Below the pieces are notes generated by a model, which was given only the letters and a program-made list of their open reading frames with translations, did not search any database and was not told the DNA's origin. From NCBI RefSeq assembly GCF_016433145.1, contig NC_058130.1, positions 382,426,952 through 382,490,951 of the forward strand: a stretch of DNA of 64,000 nucleotides, given 5' to 3'. Below are positions 13,620 through 26,700 of the stretch, in pieces (positions within the stretch are counted from its first letter, which is position 1; the number at the start of each line of letters is the position of its first letter). A program made the translations under genes and the position numbers. The stretch is from Gracilinanus agilis. Lineage: Eukaryota.

Positions 13620-14065
13620 ACTATGGAATTTTAGAACTGGAGGGGATCTCAGTATCCATCCAATTCATTTCATACCAAAGAATTGCCAATGCCACCGATC
13701 TGACAAGTGCTTGCCTAGCCTCTTCTTAAAGATCTCCCATGAAAGCAAAATTGTCAGCTTTCAGAGGCTCCAATTATTAGATTTTCCCTGACATTAAGCC
13801 TTCATTCTCTCCCACCTTCCTTACAACTTCTTCCCATTACTCCTTCAATCTTCCCCCTAGGGCTAAATAGATGAAGTCTAATCTCTGTTCCACAAGATAA
13901 ATCTTAAAATATTTGAACATAGCTCTCAAGTATCCTCTTAATATTTTCCCTAGGCTAATCCTCCCCATATCTTTACTGACCCCCATTTATGGGATGGACC
14001 CACAATCCTTGAGCATCCTCTTTTCCTTCCTCAGGTCCTCTCCAGTCTATCAAAGGTCTTCTTCA
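13620..14065 (-). mobile_element. L3/CR1 3' fragment
   Basis: Antisense of the CR1 tail: cctcttcttaaagatctccc...ctctccagtctatcaaagg. Confidence 0.55.
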
Positions 14066-14314
14066 CCTGTGGCATCTGCTTTCTGAAAAAAAAAAAAAAA
14101 ACAAAAAAAAAACACAGATGTGGGCTGAATGGACCATAGTAAGAAGGACTGCCAAGCCATTGGCTAATTAACAAGTATTTATTAAGTGCCTCCCTAATAT
14201 TGTGCTGGAGAGACAGATTTAGAAGGGAAACTGTCCCTGCCTTCCAAGAGCTAATATTCTATAAAGGGGTAACAACACATACATATATAAGTGCATAAAT
14301 GTGTGTCTGCATAT

Positions 14315-14530
14315 TGTTGTCTTTGTTCAGTCATGTCTGACTCCTTGTGACCCCATCTGGAGGTTTTCTTGGCTAAGATACTGGAGTGGTTGGCTATTTC
14401 TTTCTCCAGCTCATTTTATAGATGAAGAAACTGAGGCAAACATGTTTAAGTGACTTGCCCAGGGTCACTCAGCTAGAAAGTGTCTGAAGCTGGAATTGCC
14501 TGGCACTCTGTCCACTGTACCACCTAGCTG
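14315..14530 (-). mobile_element. MAR1-like SINE
   Basis: ttgttcagtcatgtctgactccttgtgaccccat...ctccagctcattttatagatgaagaaactgaggc. Confidence 0.85.
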
Positions 14531-14904
14531 TCATTGGCACATAAATCCACATATGCATGTATATGTGTTTATATACACATACATTTGCCATAGTATATAT
14601 GAAATATAAAATAAATAAAATATATAATTAAGTGATTTGAGTGATGAGAATTCTAACAACTTGGAAGCACTTGAGCTGAGTTTTGAAGGAAATTAGAGAT
14701 TCTTGGTGGCAGAAGTAAGGACAGAGGGCTAACCTAGGAATGGAGAGTCAGTATAAGAATATGGAGGTAGACATGGAAAAACAGTTAAAAAGGGGAAAGC
14801 CATTTGCTTTACTAAAGACAAAAATTAACCTTGCTAGCTGTCACATTACCTTGCTGGTTCATATGGAGCATGTAGTACACTAAACCCCCTAGATCTTAAA
14901 TTTT

Positions 14905-15110
14905 TCCTTTTTTTAAGTCCTTATTTTCTGTTGTAGAATCAATAAATACTGTGCATTTGGTTCCAAGGCAGAAGAGCAATAAGAGCTAGACAATGGGGGT
15001 TAAGTGGCTTGCCCAGAGTCACACAGATAAGAAGAGTTGAGGTCAAATTAGAACTCAGGACTTCCTGTCTCTAGGTCTGACTCTCAATCCACTGAACCTC
15101 CTAACTGCCA
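14905..15110 (-). mobile_element. SINE1_Mdo-like
   Basis: ggttccaaggcagaagagc...ctctcaatccactgaacc. Confidence 0.85.
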
Positions 15111-15199
15111 CCCCCTGCCCAGGTATTTTTCAAACTACTTTTTAATCCTAACTCTCCATATTATGTCATGAACTTGCTTTTTTTTAAACCCAAGGGTAA

Positions 15200-15332
15200 T
15201 ATTCTCTCTTTCTCTCTCCCCTCCCTCTTTCTTTTTTCTCTTTCTTGTTCTTTCTTTCTCTCTTCCTTCCTTCCTTCCTTCTTTCTTCTCTCTCTCTCAT
15301 ATATGTTATATATATATATACATATATATTTC
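15200..15332. repeat. Pyrimidine-rich (CT/TTCC) and (TA)n simple repeats
   Basis: Directly visible low-complexity tract. Confidence 0.8.
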
Positions 15333-15661
15333 TTTATTGCATTTCATCTTCAGTCAGCCCAATTCTGAAAGACATGGGTCTTTTTATGAAAAATGTTATC
15401 TACCACCAGAGAGAAAACTGATGAACTCTGAATGCAAATTAAAATTTACTTTTTCCCTTCTATTTTTCTTGTGTTTTTTTTAATTGATGTGTTTTCTTTT
15501 GCAACATAGCTAATATGGAAATGGGTTTTGCATGATATCACATCAATACATTGATTGCTTCCTCAAATGGTGGGTGAGGAGGAGGGAGGAAGAGAAATTT
15601 GGAATTCAAAAAACATTCTAATGCCTGTTAAAAATTTGTTAGATGCAATTGGGAAATTCTT

Positions 15662-15878
15662 TTTTTTTTTTTTTTTTTTTTTGGTAAACCCTTACCTTTC
15701 ATCTTGGAGTCAATACTGTGTATTGGCTCCAAGACAGAAGAGTGGTAAGGGTAGGCAATGGGAGTCAAGTGACTTGCCCAAGGTCACACAGCTGGGAAGT
15801 GTCTGAAGCCAGATTTGACCCTAGGACCTCCCATCTCTAGGCCTGGCTCTCAATCCACTGAGCTACCTAAATGCCCCC
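15662..15878 (-). mobile_element. Young SINE1_Mdo-like insertion with 17-bp TSD
   Basis: TSD GCAATTGGGAAATTCTT at 15645-15661 and 15879-15895, with a pure T tail of ~22 nt. It sits in an older L1 3' end (15360-15910). Confidence 0.92.
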
Positions 15879-16309
15879 GCAATTGGGAAATTCTTGATAA
15901 AATATATAAAAATATTTTTAAAATTAATAGAATCAGCTCAATGTTCTAGTCTGTCAAGATCTTTTTGGATCGATCCTCGCTGTCATTTTCTGACAACTTA
16001 TTTCTCTCAGTTTGATGTTATCTGTAAATCTGATGAGCATTAGATTTAAGTCTTTACCAAGATCATTGACAAAAATATTAAATAATACCAGCCCAAGTAT
16101 CCCCAGGGCACTCCAGAGGAGATCTCATACTAAATTGACAGTAGACCATTTATAGTTCCTTAAATCAATAACTCCTGTTATTGTCTAGTTTACATCTTCA
16201 TCTTTTTTCTATAAGCATTTTAAGAGATATTTGGTTAAAATATTTCTTTGCTAAAATCTTGGGTAAACATTCACCTGATCTATTAGTTTTAGTAACTCTC
16301 AAAAAAAGT

Positions 16310-16680
16310 GATAAGGTCTTTTTTTTAATTGTACATTTATTTATTTTAAAAAGAAATTTTTTAAACATTCATTTAAAACTTTTTTCTGAGTTCCCAATCT
16401 TCTCCCTCTTTCTCTCCCTCCAACCACTCTCCTGTCCCTGGGATGGTAAGCTTTCTAATATAGATTTTATATGTACAATCATGTTAAACATTTTCCATAT
16501 TAGTCATTTTGTGGAAGAGATCTCAAAAAAAAAAGAAAGTGAAATACATTATGTTTTAGTCTGAATTAAGCCCATCAGTTCTTTCTCAGAGGGCAGATGG
16601 CATTTTTCATCATGAATCTCTGGGATTGCCCTGGATCACTACATTGCTGAGAATAACTAGGTGATGAACAGCTGTTCACC
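16310..16680 (-). mobile_element. L1 3' end
   Basis: tttaaaacttttttctgagttccc...atcatgttaaacattttccatattagtcattttgt. Confidence 0.75.
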
Positions 16681-16794
16681 AAAAAATATTTATAACAAAA
16701 AACTCTGACAAGGGTCTAATTACTCAAATATATAAGGAGTTAAATCAGTTGTATAAAAAATCAAGCCATTCCCCAATTGATAAATGGAAACAGA

Positions 16795-17068
16795 AGAAAA
16801 ACAACTGTTTGAACACATGGGTTGAGGTGAACATGATTGGGGATGTAGACTCGAAACTACCACACCAATGCAACTATCAACAATTTGGAAAAAGGTCTTG
16901 ATCAATGACACATGTTAAAACCAGTGGAAATACGCATCAGCCATGGCGGCGTGAGGGTGGGGGGCGGAGGGGGAGCTGAAGGGGGTGAAGGGGAAAGTAA
17001 ATGCATGAATTATATAACCATGTTAACTTTTCTAAAAAATAAATATTAATAAATGTTAAAAATAAAAG
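16795..17068 (+). mobile_element. Young L1 3'UTR with G-rich tract and poly(A) end
   Basis: ggggatgtagactcgaaactaccacacc...GGG-rich tract 16955-16993...aatattaataaatgttaaaaataaaa. Confidence 0.85.
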
Positions 17069-17084
17069 TAGATATTTGAAGAAA

Positions 17085-17520
17085 AAGAAATTAAATCACC
17101 CTAGACAATATAAGATACTTGGGAATCTATCTACCAAAACAAACACAAGAATTATACGAACATAACTACAAAACACTTTCCAAATAATTAAAACTAGATC
17201 TAAACAATTGGAAAAACATTGATTGCTCATGGGTAGGATGAGCTAACATAATAAAAATGACCATTCTACCCAAATTAATTTATCTATTTAGTGCCATACC
17301 TATCAAACTACCAAAAAACTTTTTTACTGAATTAGAAAAAACTATAACAAAGTTTATTTGGAAGAACAAAAAGATCAAGAATATCAAGGGAAATAATGAA
17401 AAAAAAATGTGAAGGAAAGTGGCCTAGCAGTACCAGATATTAAACTATACTATAAAGCAGCAGTCATCAAAATAATATGGTACTGGCTAAGAGAGGATCT
17501 TGTGGAATAGACTTGGGGTA
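17085..17520 (+). mobile_element. L1 ORF2 internal fragment
   Basis: gctcatgggtaggatgagctaacataataaaaatgaccattctaccc corresponds to the L1 ORF2 CSWxGRxNIxKMxILP motif. Confidence 0.88.
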
Positions 17521-19439
17521 ATTGGAATAGAATGACCTTTAAATCCACTTCCACCATTCAGTGAATTGTGGAGCCTGAAGTAAAAATGCTTGTTATATTA
17601 GAGATTTCCTTTAACCTTTCATAATTTTGTGAGATTAAATGCTTTGGTTCTGAATTGCTAGGATGTGAAATTGGGGTGGGGGGAAACTTTAAAAAACCAA
17701 AACCTAGCTTTGATTTGAAGGCTTCTGCCCAAAAATAGGAGTTGGAAACGCTGAAACCTCCCTTTGATTTTGACAGTGGCTCTGGCTAGAGGCAAATTAT
17801 TTATTTGCTGGGTTTTAGTTTTCAGTTAAACTGAGGATAATAATACTTAATTATGGGCAGCCAGTGGGGAAGATTAGTTTCCAGGGCAAAATGCTTTGAA
17901 GGTGTAAAGTGGCTCAAATATCTTTTAGAGCTCCAGTATAACATTCTCCTGTCCTGACCTGTAGGGTGCTTTGTGGACGGTGATTCTGAAGTCAAATACT
18001 GGAGAGGACCTCAAAATGTCGTTTTCCTTAATGAAATGTTCTTAAAGCACCAGGAATCCCAAATATTTGTCAACAAATAATTTGTCTTGTAACCTGGTTT
18101 CTGTACTACACTTAGGAAAAAGAGTTGACAGCCTTAGTAAATAATGTTTTAATACTTCCATCTTTAGTAGAAAAAAAAATAACCAAGAGTTTTTAAAGAG
18201 GAGAGTACTATTTGTTTTATTATACATGCGGTAAATAAGACCTTCACAATTCATTAAAAAAATAAACAAGTGCTTTTGGAAAATGACAATGGGTCAGGGA
18301 TTTAAAAACCTTTTTGGCTTTTAAAGGAAGCTACTTAGTTCTTATTGAGAAGCCTGTAAGGAGGCATGACCTTTAATGGTCCTTCTAGCTTTAACTCTAG
18401 AAGTAGATGATCCTCTCCCATTTTCAGTAGGAATGTATCCCATGCCACAAAAAGCCAGGTATGATTTTTAATCAAAGGAATTGTGTGGAAATAGGGGTTT
18501 TATAGCCTTTAAAATATCTGCTGAGATGAAGGCGTATGTTGTCAGGTCTGTGGCTCCTTATTACTTTGGGGTTAAAATACAAGTTGCTCAGCTGAGCATT
18601 TGAAGCCTTCCCCAACCCTTCCCAATCTGGCTCCATCTATGCCCCACCATCCTTTGTTCTAGCTAAGCAGTTCCCTACTAGACTACTCATTTCATCTCTG
18701 GCTTCCATCCCATTTCTGGGCCTTTGCACAAGTTGTCCTCACCATGCTTGGAAAGCACAGCTCATATCTAAGAACCTCTCATTCCTTTCTGTCAAAACTG
18801 AGCACCAGTATTCCATTCTTGAGGTCTTTCCTGATCTACCCTAACTCTCTGGAAATACTTTCTCCTTCTTCAAATAACCTCATTTTTTTTAGCTCAATCA
18901 TATCTGCTAATAAAATGCAAATTCCTTGAATGAGGTTACCAATCCTTTTGTCTCCAGAGTTCCTACCATGGCTGCTTGCATTTAGTAAAATATTTCATAG
19001 AAGACTAGAATTGAATTTGTTGGTTTTTTAAAAATCCAGGTTATCTATAATTTCATTAGACCCAGTTCCTTTCTTTCTGAGATTTTCATCCCATATGTTG
19101 ACTCTGTGAGCCATACTTTGAGACAATGCAGCAGTCCTTTGGTTCCTAGGAGCTTTCTCTTGGCTATCACAAGTTAGCACAAATCGGCTACCATTACTGA
19201 TGAAATGAAGAGCTCTCCCCCATCTACCCAGGGGCATGCTGATAGAAATTTAGCAACAAGTTCTCAAGAAAATTACGTGCAACATATTTTCACACTTAAT
19301 TTGTATTATTAACATTTTCTCCATTACCTTCTTAATTCTAGACAATCAATAATACAATACATCCAGCTCCAGTTTGTAGCAGAAATCTTGCCCCATTCCA
19401 CACAAAATCTTAAAGTGTGACATAAAGGTGAGAAATTGT

Positions 19440-20690
19440 TATTGCTTTTGTTTTTAATTTTTTAGTTAATTTTTTACATTATCATAATTTGCTAATATAG
19501 ATCTTCCTTCCACTCCCAAGAGGGGAGGAAGAGAAATTTAAGAAAACTATTTAGCATTTTATTCAAGCCTAATAATATGTATGAATATTCTGCTCCTACA
19601 AATCCTCCACCTCTACAAAGAAGGGAATATAGGAAAATATAAGTAAGGTAATGGGGTCACCAAGGATATTACAATAAACTAAGTGGTTTGTGGGAACACA
19701 CTCTAGGATATATGAGAGACTGGACCAGGGTGAAGAGACCAGAGTTTTACTGGATTTCCACAGGAATGGCAGTTGATCTTAACTGTCACTCAGCTTCCAC
19801 TAGACCAGAGTATAGTAACAGGCTAACAAGGTAAAAGGGATTTAACAACTTTAATTAAGTTAGACTAAAAGGTGGGAAAGGATTTCTATACTTAAAATCT
19901 AAGGGATAAAACCACAGGGCAATGGGAGGACTTATTCTACTCTTATCTAAGTGATCTAAACTAACAGGGCCCAAGGAGCTATAAATGGAGTCTCTGGGTT
20001 TCTGCCTCAAACCTGGAACCTGCCAGGCTTGAGTACAGCTAGGGCTTTTGTGGCTTTGGGATTCTCACTGCAATCCACTGATTATCTCTGGATGCCAGGA
20101 GTCAAGATGATCTCAGGAACCAAGTAGTAAGGGTTTTGCTTGAAGCACTGTCTGCCAGAACTCAAACTACACCTCTTCTCTTGGCTCTGTAGATCTTGTC
20201 TTTTACTAGATACCACACCACACAGGATCCCAGGGGAAATCAGGAAGCAGGGTGTCCTTTGCTCTGAGGTCTCCCAGGCTGGCAACAGTTTTGCCCACCA
20301 CTAATAGAGTCCACACTCAGAGCACAGACAGACTTCCTCCTCCTTCATTCCAACCTGGAATTCCCAGCTCCAGCTCCTTCCTGCTAGGTACTTCCTAATC
20401 AATATATAATCAATACCTTATAACCAGCTAATCTAATCTTACTCATAACAGGAAGGAGATATATTTTCTTATTTCTTCTTTGGAGCCAAGTTTGACTATT
20501 ATAATTACATAGCTTTATCTTTCCACTAAAAGTTGTTGAGGCCATTGTGTATACTGTTTTCCTGGTTATAGCTGCTTCACTTTGCATCAAAATATAGAAA
20601 CATTCTCTTTACTCTTCATAGTAATTTTTATGGCAGAATAATATTCCCTTCTAGTATATTTATGTACCACAATCTGTTTAGCCATTTCCC
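19440..20690 (-). mobile_element. Old L1 3' end interrupted by a ~750-bp LTR-like segment (~19690-20450)
   Basis: L1-like antisense sequence lies at 19440-19640 and 20455-20690, around a GC-richer block with an LTR-like layout. No TSD was resolved. Confidence 0.45.
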
Positions 20691-21371
20691 AATTAAAACT
20701 GTCCCTGCATTTTTCAGGGACTAACTTCAAACAGGCCCAAATTCTGTGTTCCTTTTTTGACTTTTTTTATTTCCAATCAACCACAGTCAACCTGCCCAAC
20801 CAAAAGAGAATAGAAGCCTTGTTGTTGAGATGTGTCATTGAGATATGTGTATATTTGTTATGAGAGTTCGTGACTTCTAAGTCTTCTTTTTCTTTTAAAT
20901 CACCCTCTTTTCCTGCCCCACACCAAATAAGTCAAACAAGTGGTAAATGCTTCTTTGAATTCAAAGAAGAGACAAACATCATAGAATGTTAGATGTGGAT
21001 CACAGGATCATAAGATTTAGAAGAGTCCTGTAGAGGTCATCTTGTCCAATTCCATTCACAGGCATCCCCATACTGATTAAAGAAATTCCTTTTAAGTCAA
21101 AGAGAAAATTAACCCATTGTAATTTTCCAAAAACATTCATGATTTTCTTAATGAAATATTAAGGTCGATTTTATTCCATTTACACAGGTCTCAGATATCA
21201 CATGTATCATAAAACAAATCCAGCTTCAATCTCTTAAAAACTTTTGGTTAACTATTTTTTAAAAAGCTAGAAACTTTTGTACCAATAAATATTCTTTAGT
21301 CAGTTGCATGGCTGTAAAGATGTTGCCTGATGCAGAATATAGTTTATGAAACTCTTTTTGTTCCTCCTCAA

Positions 21372-22335
21372 TTGACAAATGGTCAAAGAATATGAACAGG
21401 CAGTTCTTAGATGAAGAAAATAAAACTATCTTTAGTCATATAAAAATGCTTCAAAGCACTACTAATTAGAGAAATGAAAATTAAAACAACTGTAAGATAC
21501 TATCTCACACTTGTCAAACCCAAATGACAAAAAAGGAAAATGATAAATGTTGAAAAGGATGTGGGAAAGTTAAGACACTAATACACTATTGGTGGCGCTG
21601 CAAACTAATACAACCATTCAGGAAACCAATTTGGAACCATGTCCCTAAGGTCTATAGAACTGTACATACCTTTTGAATCAGCACCAGATCTGTATCTCAA
21701 AGAGAACAAAGATAGGGGGTAAGGACCAATTTGTAAAAAATATTTGTAGAAGCTCTTTTTGTGGTGGCAAAGAATTGCAAACTGAAGGGACATCCATCAA
21801 TTGGGGGATGGTTAAACAAGTTGTGACATATAATTATAATGGTATACTATTGTGCCATAAGAAATGACAAACAAGATGATCACAAAAAATCTGGAAAGAT
21901 TTATATGAAATGATACCAAGTGAAGTGAACAGAACCAATAGGATGTTGTATACAATAATAGCAATAAAGTATGATGATCACTGTGATGACTTAACTATTA
22001 TCAACAATGCAAGGATTTAAGACAGCTCCAAGGGACTCATGATGGAAAAAGAATATCCACCTTTGTAGAAGGAACTGACAGAGTCTAAATGCAGATTGAA
22101 ATATGCATTCTTCACTTTATTTCCTTCATGAGTTTTTTTTTCTTGTGTAAGCAATATGTTTTCTTTTACAGCATTAGGAATATGGAAATATTTATTGCAT
22201 GACAGCACAAGTACAACCTATTTTACCTGCCCTCTTAGAAAAGGAGGGGGTGTATGAAAGAGAACATGAATCACAAAATTTCAGAAAATGATCATTAAAA
22301 TTGCATCAACATGAAATCTAGAAAAACATAAAAGA
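21372..22335 (+). mobile_element. L1 ORF2 C-terminus plus 3'UTR
   Basis: caattgacaaatggtcaaagaatatgaacaggcag...gagaaatgaaaattaaaacaact...tgtggtggcaaagaattg. Confidence 0.9.
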
Positions 22336-22818
22336 AAAAAAAAGAAAATCTGTCTATCTCCTCATATTTTCATTAAGGATTCTCTTATTGAATTACAGAA
22401 TTTTCTCACAAAAAAATTTGCAGAGAAAAGAAAGTAGAAATATTCACTGGTGATCAGCAATGCCTTCTCTTTCTCCACTTTTTGGTAGCATTCTGAGATT
22501 TTGAGATATTAGAATTTCATTTAGCAGGTCCTGTGATATTCCTGGATTGAGACTATCAGCACAGTTACTCCCAAACATCTGGAGGACCTCACTGTCTTTA
22601 GGGAATTCCATACTTTGGCCTCTGGGTTGGACATTGTAAGTGACTATGGAAATAGCTTTAGTGAACATCCATTTTCCTGCTTTATTGAATAGTAACAATT
22701 AGAGGATCATGGAATAAAGTTATTTCTTGTTGCTTCTTTCAAGTAGATATGTAATATTATAATACACACATATTGAGTGCACCTTACAGTAGAAGAAACT
22801 TTAAAATTGCATTTTGAA

Positions 22819-23016
22819 GGGCAGCTGGGTGACTCAGTGGATTGAGAGCCAGGCTTAGACACAGGAGGTCTTGGATTCATATCTGACTTCAGACACTTCC
22901 TAGCTGTATGACCCTGGGCAAATCATTTAACCCCCACTGCCTAGCCCTTACTGCTCTTTTGCCTTAGAACTAATACACAGTATTGATTCTAAGATGGAAG
23001 GTAAAGATTTTAAAAA
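22819..23016 (+). mobile_element. SINE1_Mdo-like, full length
   Basis: gggcagctgggtgactcagtggattgagagccagg...ccttagaactaatacacagtattgattctaagatggaagg. Confidence 0.92.
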
Positions 23017-23049
23017 GAATTCCATTTTGCTCTATTGTGCCAAATGCTT

Positions 23050-23215
23050 TGTGGGAAATGTCTATGTCAATGTCTATGTACATGCATTGCATATATATTA
23101 CATTTGCATGTACATATATGTGTGAATCCATGTATATGGACATGTGTCTCTACATGTATGCGTATATATTGTGTTTATGTTTGCACTTGCATTATGTGCA
23201 TCTGCTTGTAACATT
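23050..23215. repeat. Cryptic alternating purine-pyrimidine (TA/TG/CA) tract
   Basis: Directly visible. Confidence 0.7.
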
Positions 23216-23699
23216 GACTGACTCCGAAAGAAACTAGAACACCAATGTATTTGCCCTAAATTGTCTGATTTGACCTCATTTGAGGCATTGATGAGGTCTG
23301 TTTATCCAGATGTAGTGAAGTAAAGTATTATGAAGCCCTTTCCATCAAATCCACCTGTATTCCTAGAGAATTTCACTCAATCTCCATTTCTTGGGTGTTC
23401 TTCCTATCTCCGGACAAAACTGTAATTTCTCTGGTGAACCCAGAATCCTTTCCATACTCTCTCCTCAGAAGAGGACTTTGGAGAATGTGTCAAATGCTTC
23501 CCACTTTAGTGTGATTGAATTTATTGGTTGGTGCTGAAGAGACAGACACAGAATGTATGAAAGAGAGGGGGAGTCTATAGGGCAGGAAAAACTTTTCTAC
23601 TGCTCCCAGTTGGTGGCTAATACAGATGCCCTTGTTTGCTGGACTGTCATTCTCACTGTGGAAACCCCAGCCTTTCAAATTTTATTAATAGTGGTAAAG

Positions 23700-24770
23700 A
23701 GGGGTCAGCTAGGTGGCTCTGTGGAAAGAGCACCAGATCTGGAGTTGGGAGGATCTGGGTTCAAATGTGACCTCAAATACTTCATAGGGAATGTTATGAT
23801 GATAATAACAGATATTTTGGAGAAGCAGATAAGTGTGTCAGGGCCAGTAAACCTTCAAGTCACAGACACTGATTGACAGGCTTCAGTGAGAAGGAGGGGG
23901 TTAGACACTCCTGGATCTCAAGCCCCTCCCCCCTAAGCAGTTGATGTTTCAGTTGGAAAAATGGAGACTGACTGAGATACTTCTGGTAAGTTTCAGTTGA
24001 GGCTAAATTCTAATGATGTTCCCTTTCTTTAACTTATATTCCCCACAGGACTGATAAAGGAATAAATAGAAGCTAGTTATTTATATGTTGAGGACTGAGA
24101 TGAAACTGATCTTCTTAAAACTGGCAGCTGACAGGATTCAAACTAGATGACCAGACTTGGGCAGTGAGTATTCCCAAATAATTCTCAGGCACAGATTTTG
24201 AAGGTAAAGCTTATATTAAGAAGTAAAAGGAAAAGGTAGAGGGGTTAATTAGGGTTTTAGATAAGGAAAGGTGACCCTGATCTGTTAGGTTGAAGCTGCC
24301 CTTCCCCCCACAGGAGGGGGTGAAGGGCACTTAACTAAAACTGGCTCTCTTGCTATTAATGAATATTTTACTCTCTAATTCACTAAATATTTGTTGTATT
24401 GATATTGATAAGGATTAATCCTAACAAAAAGGCTAACCCCTGAGTAGAAACCACGATGGCTTATGCCACAATGGCCACTCAGGTGAACCCCCCCCCCAAG
24501 TCAGGAGCAGTAAGCAGTGAGTCTGCTCACCTCAACCACCACAAAGCAACTGTCTCAACCCTTCTCAACTGCCCCCTCACCCAAAGTTCTCTGGGGGGGG
24601 GGGGGTCTCCTGGAATTCTGGGTGAGGCTGTCCCTGTATTTTTGCAGGGATTCCATGCATCCATCTCTACATAATAGGAGTCAACACTTAATTCTATTTG
24701 CCTAGCCCTTGCCCTTCTGTCTTAGAACTGTTACTAGAACGGAAAGAAAAGGTCTCAAAAGAAAAGAGCC
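23700..24770. mobile_element. SINE1-like element split by an ~880-bp LTR-like insertion (23792-24671)
   Basis: The SINE head is at 23700-23790 and the tail (ttgcctagcccttgcccttctgtcttag) at 24672-24770. The insert starts with TG and ends with CA. No TSD was found, and it may be two LTR pieces. Confidence 0.55.
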
Positions 24771-25496
24771 ATGAAGAGAAGCAGGAAGAGAGAGAGGGCT
24801 AGGCATGAGCTCTGATTAAGATGAGAACTAAGGACCAAAAGAATGAGGAAGTCAGAGAGTCTTCAGGGAAGTGATCTGTAGACTTTAGAAATCTTAACCT
24901 AAGTCTTCCCTGGGTTTACTAGAACTAATTCTAACACCTGAGGCAAAGTCAGTTGGGAATGAGGGTAGGGGTTGAGGAGAATAACTGGATTTGACACTCA
25001 ACCCCTCCTATGCATGAGATAGATAAACTGGAGACAAAGATCATAGGGGCTAAAAAGAAATTGGGAGATGTGTATTTAAAAGGGGTCAGGGTTGTAGTAG
25101 GAAAGAATATTGTGAGTCAGGTACTAAATTTATTAGGGAGGAGGAAGAATAAACTGGATATCCATGGCAAAACAAACAAAAAATTTAGATAGACTGAAAT
25201 GAAATTAAAAAGAGAAAAGAAGTATGTCTGCCAAGTGATAATGGCAGAGGGAGGGTCTGAAAGTGGTTATGGAGGACAAGAAGTGCACCAACTCCATCTC
25301 CTTGTGTGTGTGTCAAGGGATGGGAGAGAAGAATCAGGCTGCCTTATTGAGGATGCTATGCCAAGAAATGGTGTCTTTAGGAGACAGTCAGGTTTCACCT
25401 GAGCACCAAGATATGGAAGGATTGTGAAAGAAAAATCCAGAATCGTAGGATCATATATAAGATCATATAGATCATAAAACTGAAAGAGATCATAGG

Positions 25497-25680
25497 GGTC
25501 CTGCAGTGTGGTCAAAATCAAATAGAAACAAATATCTGTCAGATATTTCCTTTATAAAAAACCACAAATTAATATTTTCTATTTTGTATTGTATCTCATT
25601 TATTTTGTTAAACATTTCTTAATTATATTTTAATCTGGTTCAGGTTATACCTACAGGCACCAAGTTTGAAGCTTCTGTTC
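25497..25680 (+). mobile_element. Old marsupial hAT-like MITE fragment inserted in a MIR
   Basis: It shares gtcaaaatcaaatagaaac...ttttgttaaacatt...acattttaatctggtt with 30587-30768 and 56672-56830. Confidence 0.5.
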
Positions 25681-26224
25681 TAATCCAACCCCTTGATCTT
25701 ATACATGAGTAAAAAGGTCCGGAGAGGTGACTTTAAGTGACTTGGCCAAGATAATATTACTAGTAAGCCACAAAGTGAGAATCCCAATTTGGATCTTTCT
25801 TTTCAAAATCCATCCTTCTTTCTACTTTGGCATATTAGAGCTGTGATGGTGCACATTTTAGAGACTGAGCACCCAAACTGCAATCTCACACCACATGTGA
25901 GCTGTCCCCTCACTCCAGACAGGGTGAGGAGGAAGTGCTCCCATTGGACTGCTGGGCAGAGGGGCAGGTGATGGAAGAAATGTCCTCAGGCACACATGGA
26001 GAAGGAGAAGGAGAAGGTGCAGCCCCACTAGAGCACCCATGCCATAGGCTTCCCAACACGGTACTATAGGGAACCCTCAGAGGACAAGGTGGAAATGGAA
26101 GGCAGAAGAGGAGATGGGCTGGAGAAGCCTACTGCTGCGTTGACTGGGTCCTGAAGTCAGAGCAGCATCAGCCCATGTGGCTAGCTGAGCTGGCAAGACT
26201 GTTCCAAGGTGCAGAGGGAAGAAG

Positions 26225-26700
26225 AGCACCAAGCTTAAAGGTAGAAGAACTCAATTCAAATCTTACTTCAAACACCTTCTAACTTCATGGCCCTGTGCAA
26301 CCTGTTTACCCCTCTGGCAACCTCAGTTTCTTCATCTGCAAAATGAACCTAATAATAAGTATCTATCTCAGATTTGTTATAAGGATCAAAACAGATAATA
26401 TATATAAAATGTCTTGCAAATCTTAAGGTGATATATAAAAGTTACTATTACAAGAAGAAACTAGGTGGCATAGTGTATAGACTATCACCTGAAGTCAAGA
26501 AAACCTGTGTTCAAATCTGGCCCCAAACACTTATTAGCTGTCCAACCTTGGGCAAGTCACTTGACCCTGTTTACCTCAGTTTCTTCATCTGTCAAATGAG
26601 CTGGAGAAGTACATGGCAAAGCTCTCCCGTATCTTTGCCAGGAAAATCCCAAATGGAGTTATGGAGAGTCAAACTCAACTGAAACAACTGAACAATAACA
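26225..26700 (+). mobile_element. MIR (26225-26445) followed by MAR1-like SINE (26455-26700)
   Basis: Two tRNA-derived heads and cores. The second has the tail gagctggagaag...tctttgccaggaaaatcccaaatgg. Confidence 0.85.

Noticed and set aside
16955-16993. G-quadruplex-forming motif
   Set aside because: This is the ordinary G-rich tract of the L1 3'UTR and is not specific to this locus.
22444-22698. 84-aa minus-strand ORF with protein-like composition
   Set aside because: No recognisable domain, no polypyrimidine acceptor or donor at its ends, and a length within chance expectation.
22819-22890. tRNA-like A/B boxes in SINE heads (here and in other SINEs)
   Set aside because: They are tRNA-derived SINE promoters continuous with SINE bodies, not tRNA genes, and no cloverleaf is evident.
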